Assembly: GCA_964035545.1 (NCBI GenBank)
Contig: OZ037765.1
Span: forward strand, 1,054,001 to 1,118,000
DNA from: Bugula neritina
Taxonomy: Eukaryota > Animalia > Bryozoa
Length of the DNA: 64,000 nt
Reading direction: 5' to 3'
The notes beneath the pieces were generated by a model. It was given only the letters and a program-made list of their open reading frames with translations. It was not told the origin of the DNA and did no database searches. This document shows positions 53,839-64,000 of the stretch, piece after piece; the first letter of the stretch is position 1, and each line of letters begins with the position of its first letter. A program made the position numbers and the translations under genes.

Positions 53839-55810
53839 ATGGATGAACTGAGAGCAGAAGAAGTGAACAATTTGTTTGGGGAGTTCAAACAAATTCTGAG
53901 ACAAGGTAAAACTTTTTCTGCGGTGACACTAGGCGCTATGATTGAAAGAACCAGTGGTTTATCAGCAGACCATGACTTTTTGAACAACCTCCAAGATGTT
54001 GCTAAGAACATAGATTCTATTCCGGACTACCTTTTCGCAAAGTATAAAATTGCTGAAAATCAACCTGAAGATGAAAGAGAGGGATGGTCATTACCAGAAA
54101 TTTATAGTTCGGTTGAAGAGGAACTAAATGGACTGGTGACTAAGAGCCGTAATGCATCTGATGGAAGGAAACCTGAAAGTAAGAATGACGAAAAGGTATG
54201 GATGCTAATTGTGTGGAGTGCTGAGTTGTGGTTTCTTTTCAACCTCCAAAAATGTAAACATGATTCAGTGAAGCGATTTATAAAAAGCAACGCTATAGAG
54301 TTATTCCATGAGTTCTTTGATTCCAGAATAGAGAGCAATGAGCCCCATTTTGATGTTCTTGCTGAGAAAGATTGTGTCGACATTATGGAGAAACTTTTGT
54401 GTCCTGAGCTTGGTGTGAGCCTTTCCTTGCAAGAATATTTTGATAAAATAGGTAACGTGAAAAAGTTCTGTAAAACACTCATGAGACAAAATATGATAAG
54501 GATCGTTAAGCCACATTCAAAGAAGTTTTATATAATCCCTCGTCCTAGTGACAGAAATAACTTTGCTAAAATGTATGGTATTATTGTTTGTGGATTCTTC
54601 AAACCAGATCAACCTTTATTTTTCAAAGCTGAGCAACAAGCTGCCACCGCAACAGAAGATGCTTTAGATGAAGTAAATATAGATATCATACACACTAAGA
54701 CTCACCCTCAAATCTTTGAGTCGGAAAATGTGTTTACAGAGTTGCGTAGATGGGTAGGAGATAAGCTAAGTGGTATCGAAAATCGTTGCTCCCTTTTAAT
54801 TTTAACCATTCTTTGTCATGGAAAACACGGAAATTTAGCACACAAAATCAGAGGAAGTTGGCTGTATATGAAGATCGAAGAATTGCTCAAATTATTCAAA
54901 ACATTTGGTGGTTTAAAAGGAATACCCAAGGTTAGTAAAGTACTTGCTTGCTAAGCTATTGTGTGTACTTGTGTGCAGGGGACTTGTGTGCGAGAGAATT
55001 AATATAGCCAGTAGTATGCACATATTACTGATAACAAAGTTGCATTCAAATGGGGGGAATAAACACACACTTATTGTAAAGCTTGTAAACTGTGAAGGTT
55101 CAACTCCCATTAACCTATTTTATGTACTTGTTGGCAGAACTAACACACTTGACTAAGTTACAACAAAGAATACTATCACCATATTAATTAGTAGCCATCA
55201 ATCATTCTGAGATCAACTCTCAGTTTAATCGAGCTGCTTGTCAAGTCACTAACAGTCAAGTCATGTATTTACAACCTCAAAAATATAATGTACTTTTAGC
55301 TCCAGCTTTGCATAAATTTAATAGTTTTAAAACTTGAGCAATTGAATTGATAGATATTGAATTCAAGATTTGTTCTCCTTGCATGAAGCATCACAATGAT
55401 GCAATACTTTGTTGATATAATCTACATGTGATCATAAACTTTACTTTGAGTTTCACACTTGTTAGGTAATTGCGATAGAAGCTTGTCAAATGTGCTGGGT
55501 TGGGTCTGAAGGTGCAGATCTTCAGAAAATGATAGAGAATTATGACGATGCAATGCTTCTGATCTCTTGCGCCAAAGATCAACAAACCTATGCAGATGAG
55601 ACGAACGGCTTTCTAATCAATCTGGCCAAAGAGCTTGAAAAAGCAGGTTTTTCACAAACACTAGCAGAGATGTTTTTAACAGCTAGTGAAAAATATATCG
55701 AACAGCAGAGGGGAGAAGGTAGGACAGTTCAACCTGTCATGTTTCGTTCTGAATCCAGCAAAGAAATCCTGATTCCAAGGTCCATAACTGGTTCTGGTTC
55801 CCATCAGTGA
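53839..55810 (+). CDS. Atypical caspase-like protein copy 4; join(53839..54930,55466..55810), 478 aa
   Basis: Same structure: ...LCHG...LKGIPK|VIAIEACQMCW...; 535-nt phase-0 GT-AG intron. Confidence 0.9.
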
Positions 55811-56497
55811 GACTCTCAACACTAACAGAGAGCTCAAACGGTGTAGTTCGAAGCATGCTCTTGCAAAGGACATCACACTTCTTTTTGAAATCAACCAACC
55901 ATTCAATGTTACAGTGATAGCACTTTCTAGTATAAACCATTTACACCTATCATAGCATGTACTGCATTGTAAACTAAATGAAGTTAAAAGTTGATCAAAC
56001 CGATTATGATGAATAAGTTTTTTCGAGTTCATTGCCAAAAGCCTACATAACTTATGGACTTTTTGATAGCTATAGCGGAGTAGTATATGTGGATTACTTT
56101 ATTTAAGAGATATTTTTACATTTATAATTACTGTAAAATTATTTTATCTATTTACTTTAATATATTTTTATGCTTATTGTATCGTAATTAATGCTTTATT
56201 GGGTCTAAATTTAATTGGCAATTTGCTGAAAAATTAATCTAATAAACACTCTTTATAAACTACACATTACATAAATACAAAGATATTACATACACATATG
56301 CTATGCTATTGGACAGTTTTCAGTTATAAAGAAATGCTTGTTCTACAGCATATGTATATAATTTATGCATTCAATGTACTAGCTTCCCCTTATCAAATTG
56401 CCTAGTAGAAAAATGCAACAATCTATTACTTATAAGCATTTATAAAAATATTCTAAGTCAAATTTTTCTATAAGTGTTGTCTTTAGTTCTTTGTGAA

Positions 56498-57358
56498 CTA
56501 GTCCTCGTGTGACGTGGCATTACCCCCCTCACTTAGACCATGTAGGGCACTGGCTAGTAGATGTATGTTCTTCATCTGACACTCCTTCTGCTCACTCAGC
56601 TCATCTCTGATCTCTACAGCAGCCTCTGTTAGCTTATCTAGACACTGTATCTGAACTCTCCATCTTGTTACAGTCTCTCTGTATAACATACCAAGATAAA
56701 TAACCAGTAATCTATAAATATTGTAGAGTTACCAACATGCCATTTCCTAATTTTAGTTTTTTAACCATCTAAATGCTAATGGAGTTTATGCCTTTGTAAA
56801 TTGCTGCAACAAAGTCTGTGTTTTATGCTCTTAGGCTTTTTACATTTGCTTATATATAATTATAATAAATACTTTGCAATACCTGGTAATAACATTTGCA
56901 TGCTCTTGTATGCATTATTGCATAAACATTTTATTAGTGTGTCAATTTTTTAAACCTGATATTATGTATTGAAAATAGCTATACAGGTAGACTAGCAGCT
57001 ACTGACCTTTGATAATTTAACAATGCATTTTCGAAATCACAGGCCAGCTCATTCATACCTAGAAAGTATTTAAATTATAAGTAACATATAGGTAACTTTT
57101 TGGGTATTAAAATTAGTTCAAAATAAAAAAACGTGTCATAGAGCGTTCATATGATCAACTATATCATGCAGTATATAAATTAAAGAAAGCTTTTTAACTA
57201 GTGATAGAAGTGGACAGCGCTGATTCAAGTAGAGCCTCATTTTCATTCTCGCTATACTTTGGTTCCGTAGAAGTCTTGTTGGGAATGCAGAAACTAGCAT
57301 CAACATCTTCTTTGTCAGCAGAGATTGAAGTATTTAACATCTCAATGCTCTTATCCAT
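56498..57358 (-). CDS. Small helical protein, TEX12-like; complement join(57358..57199,57058..57007,56678..56498), 130 aa
   Basis: Three phase-compatible GT-AG exons (first donor gttaaa is weak). C-terminal MNELACDFENALLNYQRETVTRWRVQIQCLDKLTEAAVEIRDELSEQKECQMKNIHLLASALHG follows the pattern of recalled TEX12 [67 protein letters not shown]; size is similar. The gene model is more certain than the name. Confidence 0.55.
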
Positions 57359-58959
57359 GCTCTAAAGCATTTGATAATGAAAATAAATAGCAAAATTATT
57401 GTAGTACTGAGAGTACATTATAATTTTTTTTATTCTAGCTGTCATTGTAGAATTTATGAACTACCTATGTAGATATGACAATTATACTAACCACTAATAC
57501 TAACAATAAATTTATACCCACTTTAAACATAAGGTTATTCTAAAAATTATAATTACAATAACTATATTGATAATAATTATAATAAATAATTAATTAAAAC
57601 AAGTTTATAAAATATCCTTTTAGCTTTGCAAATATACAATAACAAATAAAATTATAATAATGACAACATAACTCCTACATGTTAATTGAAATACAAAATG
57701 TTAAAACCAATAATTGGATGAATCTTTAAAAATAAAGTATGTAGAATTAATTAATTCAAGTTTAATAAACGTCAGTATTATTATGGTTGAAAAGTTTTAT
57801 AAGACCAAGAATTACATATAATATTGACAATATAACTATCATATATAATCACAAAGATGCAGATGCTTGCTATATCGCAGTTTTAACTAAGTTATCTTCC
57901 CTTGCATGTAGCTGCAGTAATCTAAAGTAGGTGTGGCCTGCACAGAGTAATTAGTACAGAGAGATAGAGTGAGGGATTGTAGGTACAGAGTTTGTGTGAA
58001 AGCAAAGTTCTGAGAGGGAGTATATACAAAATTATAGTATGTATACCAAGGTATTGCGAATAAGAAGAGAAACCTAATAAGAATGTGTTAAGATGTGCTA
58101 GTAAGTGCTCAGTCTTGGATCTCATACTGTGAAGCAGCACCAGATGGATACCCTAACCTAGAAACTTAACTCTCTCTACATATTGACAGAAGCAAGCCAA
58201 GCTACCTATATACCAATACACAAGTTATACTGAGTTGACTCAACTGCTAGAATACAATATTTCTACTTGAGGAGTTTACAATTAACATAAAACTCTCGAA
58301 TCATTTGAAAGATGCTTTCTAAGCTTATATGTTTATGTTCATTCAAATTAAACTGAAAATAGAAATACTATCCACAGTGCGAGTATGAATACCGACACCC
58401 CAAGCTAGCAGTTATTTATTTGTACAAACATTAAATTTGAACGTAAAGCATAAGCATTACTGAAATATTGTCATTACTATAACATATAGGCCTAGTAGTA
58501 GTTAAATTTATGCTAAGTAAACCAGTAATTTTTTATATTAAACATACTCACAGTGATACTCATGCCTCATAGTGAGTCATAGAGTCGAAACATAAAATTA
58601 AAAGTGGTCTGGTAGTAACAGTAGTAGTTCTAGTAGTCGTACTCATAGTAACTATGAGTATGACTAGCTAGCTACTATAAGTACTATAACATAACATCAA
58701 CAATAACTAATAATATGATATTCATATTGATAATTATTACTCATAGTTTATTAGTTATTATAATTATTAAACTTGATGTTTAATTTTATGTTTATGTTAT
58801 AATACTTATACTTATAGTAGCTACGGTTATCATTTATCTTTTTGTAAACAAAACGTCTTGTGTGTTAGCACTAGTTTAAAATTTAATTTTATCTGTACAT
58901 AGAAATTTTAATTAATATTAATAAGTTAGTCAGTTAGTTTTTCAGCCATCAAGTTAGTT

Positions 58960-59354
58960 ATGCTTATAGAGCTTCACTTGTGATCAGGCGTCGTCTGCTC
59001 ATCAATGCTATATATCCGTTTCTGCTGGTCAAGGTCAGATAGTTAGCACAAAAACTTTATCGTCATACGGACCAATGAACAGATACAAACTGAAAAGACA
59101 TAGGGGGTGTCAAGAAATTTAGCCTGTGTTTTGATTGTCGACTAAGTGAGTACATTATTAATCTTTGACAAAAATGAGATTGAGCCAATAAATGAATCGG
59201 TAGATGTAACGAATCATGTTGTTGGCTTCTAGAGGCTGTTTCATAGAACAGTTTATGCCCATTTAAAATTAGTTGCGACTGTCACTCACAGTCGCAGTCG
59301 CTGTGTGCATTGGCCATTGTGATAGCCAATAAATAATTTTTCACCATAACCACG
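58960..59354. promoter_or_regulatory. Probable bidirectional promoter between the TEX12-like gene and LSM12
   Basis: CpG-enriched segment between head-to-head genes with several CCAAT/ATTGG boxes (~59131, ~59185, ~59309, ~59326). Confidence 0.5.
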
Positions 59355-62300
59355 ATGACTCTAATGGAAGCTACTGGCGGTGTTTTAGACCCCGGTACTT
59401 CAGTTAGATGCATCACTCGTCTCGATACTGAGATTTCAGGAAAAGTAGCTGCATTTGATTTAGTACGCAAAGCATTAGTTGTTGGTAAGTTTGAACTTGA
59501 AGTTCAATTTGAATTATATTTCTTGTTCACAATTATGAATTAAATTTTGTATTACTAATACTTTTTACTATAACTATTACTATTAATATTAGTTTATTAC
59601 TATAAGTAAAACTTAGTCTCATGGACATGAGACTGAATTATAACTTATAAGTATAACATTGGTGATTGGATATCAACTATATAAATTATAACTTATACTT
59701 ATAGTTAATGTTATAACTTATAAGTTATAAAACTTACAGTTATACTCAGTTATACTTATAGTTAATGTTATAATTAATAAATTATGCTTTAGTAATAGTT
59801 ATTCACTTATTGAGTATTGCATTGATTTACTATAAAGTGTTATGCTAAACTAATTACTATCATTACCATTATAAACTTATAATGGGTGACATTGAGTGTT
59901 CTATTGTCTACGAGGTGAAATACGAGGGGAAATAGTAAAACTGATGATCATAATGATAATGATCATCATTATGACTTTGCTGGCTTAAAAATGCCAAATT
60001 ATAAAGAATCTCTGTTGAATTTGCATAATTATATTTTAATTGAATACCTGATGATAACTTGACTGGATTTGCTAAGCCATTATTTTGATTTGCCACTTTC
60101 TGACTATATAACCCAGTAGAGCTCAGGAAAACTCAGCAAAGCTCTAGGTTCATTTTGTTGTATGTTAAACAGCTTGCCCGCCTGCCCCGGGATCTAAAGA
60201 CGTCAACAATACGTATCATGTTATAAATATCAGCAATCTCAAGGCTCTGGAGGTCACTGCTAAGTCGACTGGGGAGGATGAATTTCCAGTTGTGTCTCTA
60301 GACAATTCTAAGGTGCTCCAGCGTCTGATTTTGTGTGCTTGGATGTTTGTTAGCATATTTCTATCATGTTGATATATTTATAAAATGCAGTTTTCCTTCT
60401 ACTTTAGAGCAAAAATAAAACATTATCATGCAAATTAGGTTTGAATTTTTATTTAAACAGTTTCAAACTAAAAGCAGTAAAATAAGAAATTTATGATTAC
60501 ACGTACGGGTCACTCTGATTTGTTTCTTTCACAGATAATGAAACGAGTTAGAGATAAAATAGAGGAAAAGAAGCGGAAAGTGGCGAGTATAGGAGTTGGG
60601 GTTAGCGAGGAGGCGCAGGGGCTTTTCAACGCCATCAAGAAAACGTACTCAATACTTTAATTTTACAGATCTCATGCTACCTAGTATTTCTCATTAATCA
60701 GTTAGAGTTACAGGTTTTAGTCTTATACTCTGTAAATACATATGCAATACCTGAAGGAAATGCTCTACTAAAGTGTCATTCCACCAAACATGGTTGACAG
60801 TGTTTATTCAGGCAAATAATTCTACTAGCAATGTTTCTAGATTTTGGTAATTATATGCTTTAAAATCTGTGAAAATTGAAAAGTTTCAAATTTACTAAAT
60901 CAGAAGGCACTGAGTTGTTATTTGCAATGTATTTTTCTGTAGTTAAAATACTTCTCTTGAAGTTATGGACTTCATTCACTAAACCCAACTCTAAGCAGAT
61001 GCATTCACTAACCAAAAGTATTGCATACTCAGAGTCCTAATTGATTTGGTTGCTATTGAATTAGCAACAATAAAACGTGACATGTATAGCATGAGATTAC
61101 ATAATGACAAATATTTATATATTACATAATTACTGCTTTTACAATAAAGCCATTAACACCATTGCCATCTTCTGTTGATACAGGATGGTCTACTGAGCTG
61201 CTCAGCTGCTCTGTGCTACCTTTTCATACAGTCATAATATAATATTATATTAATATATCACTCCACTACTATGCTATACTCTACTACTGTGCTATACTCC
61301 ACTACTGTTCTATACTCCACTACTGTGCTATACTCCACTACTGTGCTATACTCTACTACTGTGCTATACTCCACTACTGTTCTATACTCCACTACTGTGC
61401 TATACTCCACTACTGTGCTATACTCTACTACTGTGCTATACTCCACTACTGTTCTATACTCCACTACTGTGCTATACTCCACTACTGTGCTATACTCTAC
61501 TACTGTGCTATACTTTGTGATATTATATTTCATTAAGTTATATAATGCTATCTTGTATTATGTTGTATTACATTATATTGCATTCTTATATTATATTGAT
61601 ACTAGAATTGATGACTTATACTGTACTATACTGTATTATATTATATTGTACTATATTGTGCTATACTAGAATTGATGACCTGTATTGGGACGGTAAGAAG
61701 ATAATAGCCATGGGAGACGTAACTATAGTAGAGCCGTACTCCGTGAATGACCTTCAGCTGAAGGCCGGGGGTAACCCCAACACCCTCGACCATATCTCTA
61801 AAATTGTAAGATATTTCAGTCGCTCTCTGAAACTCAAAGTGTAGATTCTATATTATCATTTCTTTCACAGCGTGGCTACCCATGTTCAACTTTATGGCCT
61901 GTTTTGGTGAATCAATTTTCATAAGTTTTGCTGAAATTTTTGGTATTAGTAAACTTATTCTCTAAACTGCAGAAATATTGTGACATAAAAAGTAATAAAT
62001 ATAATATATATATCCACAAATAATATAAGCTGAGCAACACTGCCAAAGCCAGTCTAGAATAGAGTACCTGCTAGCACTTGTTAAAGTGATAAAACCTAGT
62101 TTCTCTGATTGAAAACCAAATTTCCCCCAACCTGGGTTGAACTGCAGGCTGTAATATTTCCATTACACGTGCAAGAGTCACTTGTGCTGTACATCTAGGT
62201 CTTACAGGTTTCTCAGTAATATTACGGTCTATAAAGGGATATTCGTTGTATTTTGCTTTAGTATTTATTATATATTTTAGTATTATTTATAAATTTGCAT

Positions 62301-62394
62301 TTGATAACAGCCTCTGTTTTCAGTCTTGACTCATCCTGTAAGATTTCTGTATCTTTAGGTGCGAAAGCATTACGAAGACAAGAAGAAGCCATGA
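59355..62394 (+). CDS. LSM12: LSM12 homolog; join(59355..59484,60173..60312,60535..60644,61670..61805,62359..62394), 183 aa
   Basis: Five phase-compatible GT-AG exons. Lsm domain GTSVRCIT..ISGKVAAFD..KALVV and AD domain GVGVSEEAQGLFNAIKKTIDDLYWDGKKIIAMGDVTIVEPY...LDHISKIVRKH match LSM12 motifs. Confidence 0.93.
61261..61512. repeat. 18-bp minisatellite, 14 units, with 72-bp higher-order period, in LSM12 intron 3
   Basis: ctccactactgtgctata units; variants ctct.. and ..gttcta recur every fourth unit. Confidence 0.95.
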
Positions 62395-62880
62395 GGAGTT
62401 GTACCCCTCATCACTGATAAAGTTTTCCATATTTTTAATTTAGCGCATCATTAGCAAAACTGTTCTTCCAGAAGTATGTTGTTTCATTTCAGTGTCAAAC
62501 TTATCTCAGTGTATTTGTAAGAACATTCATGGAGTTGTCTGTCCTATACAAGCCCACCTATGTGCATAGTGCATTGAACTATCATTATAGTTTCAGTTCA
62601 GTGGCATAGTGTAGTATTTGTACTTTATAGCGCAGCAATATCAGAGCAACATTGATTATTTCTGTAAATTCGTTATTTGTTTGTACAATAGTGAAATGGG
62701 CAAATAAATGTATAGAAGTTGAATCTTTGAGGCCATTTTATTTTGACCAACAACTGATGGAATAAATGTAACTTAATCTGTGAATAGTATATAACAAACA
62801 ATTTGTAACAAAATAATATCATATAAACAAAATATAAATGTATACATAAAAGGCAAACTAAACAGATGAATTTCACGACT

Positions 62881-63803
62881 TCAATCGTCAAGAGTTGCGA
62901 TGGACATGTTCCAGAAGTTAGGAGGCGTTTCCATTGGTTGTTTCACAGCTCTGTGTCTACACACCTCTCCCAGTCTATCCAGTATCTCCTCTTCTGTGAG
63001 GTCCATCGAGCTGTAGTACTGTATCACACAAACATGGGTTTACAGCACAAACACACAGTATGGTACAATAATAGTGGACATGTCTCTAATTATACTCTCA
63101 TAACACTGGACATGTCTCTAACTATACTCTCCTAACACTGGACATGTCTATAACTATTAACTATACTCTCACCTCATAACACTGAGCACATCTGTAACTT
63201 GGCAATTGTTTTCTAGCCTTTCCTCTCACCACCTCTCCAATTTCATATCTATTTTTCTTTTCGGGTAAACTAAAAATAGTGTAATATGCAAGCAATTAAA
63301 CAGCTTTGAAAATGCTAAAATAAATTACCATATATAACATAATGTACTGCAGTAACCCTATTTCAGGTTATGATATATAAAGGGAGACAACTTTTGTTTC
63401 AACAAAAAACTTAGAGCATATAAATATTTTAATTGCAAATATTAATATACATTCAGAGAATCTGTGATTATTTTAGTTGGAAAAAAATTTCCTGTCTTGC
63501 AAACAAAAACTTATAAAAAAAGACTTCTAGCACGGAAAATAGTCTGAAATTTCCCACCAGGTCCTTGACTAGCAGAAGCATACCCCCCTCATATCATAGA
63601 AACACAAATCACAGGCTATCTAAAGATTTAGTAACTCAAACTTTTAGGCCAATTAGAATCTGTGTACCTGTCCAGATGAGTCATGGTTGAGCACCTGTCG
63701 GACACCTTGACTGCTGCCACTCTGTGAGATGTGACAGTTTCAGCTGAAGTGACGTCGGCCACAGGGTTGTTAAATAGACCCAGGTCCATGGCAGTAATAT
63801 CCT
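62881..63803 (-). CDS. RBBP8: CtIP/RBBP8 (SAE2 domain), last three exons 63803-63668, 63269-63173, 63018-62881; gene continues beyond the window
   Basis: Spliced product EVVRGKARKQLPSYRCAQCYEYYSSMDLTEEEILDRLGEVCRHRAVKQPMETPPNFWNMSI contains the CtIP CxxC, RHR and TPxNFW motifs; exon phases are compatible. Confidence 0.9.
63075..63170. repeat. ~32-bp tandem repeat (~3 units) in the last CtIP intron
   Basis: tggacatgtctctaaYtatactctcMtaacac repeated. Confidence 0.85.
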
Positions 63804-64000
63804 CTGCAATACACACCCCTAGGGCTATATTTAATGTTTTCTGGCTACCTTTTTAGTAAGGTTGAAATGTACCGTATAACATATAAGATAGTATTTAGCC
63901 TACAGCCTACTACAGATTGTTATACAACTAGACCTTGCATAGTGTATTCATGTAACATTTCTATTTTCCATATCATGGAATACATTCTCAGATCAACATA

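Noticed and set aside
61258-61669. STVVEY / YSTTVL repeat ORFs
   Set aside because: Translations of an intronic 18-bp minisatellite of LSM12.

Overview
AT-rich, intron-containing animal (invertebrate-like) genomic DNA. The main content is a tandem cluster of atypical caspase-like (peptidase C14) genes. It has three complete two-coding-exon genes on + (29899-32625, 43768-50418, 53839-55810), one gene on - whose last exon lies off the left edge (282-1385), one intact orphan catalytic exon (38440-38817) and one decayed copy of that exon (22858-23153). The His (CHG) and Cys (EACQ) dyad motifs are kept, but by-eye alignment shows all three residues that give caspases Asp specificity are replaced, and the ~230-aa N-terminus is not a recognisable CARD/DED. 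The 5'UTR intron of the - strand copy is inflated from ~110 bp to 18.2 kb by an insertion (1503-19623) with an 8-bp target-site duplication. This insertion carries a decayed intron-containing KDZ/Zisupton-type transposase gene and a divergent, decayed NRF1/Ewg-like gene. The right end has a TEX12-like gene (-), a complete 5-exon LSM12 (+) and the last three exons of CtIP/RBBP8 (-). There are also nested transposons (truncated Gypsy inside a foldback element inside a caspase intron, a 3.6-kb TIR element, an RTE LINE fragment, MITEs) and micro/minisatellites. All protein calls come from manual splicing and recalled family motifs; no searches were run.
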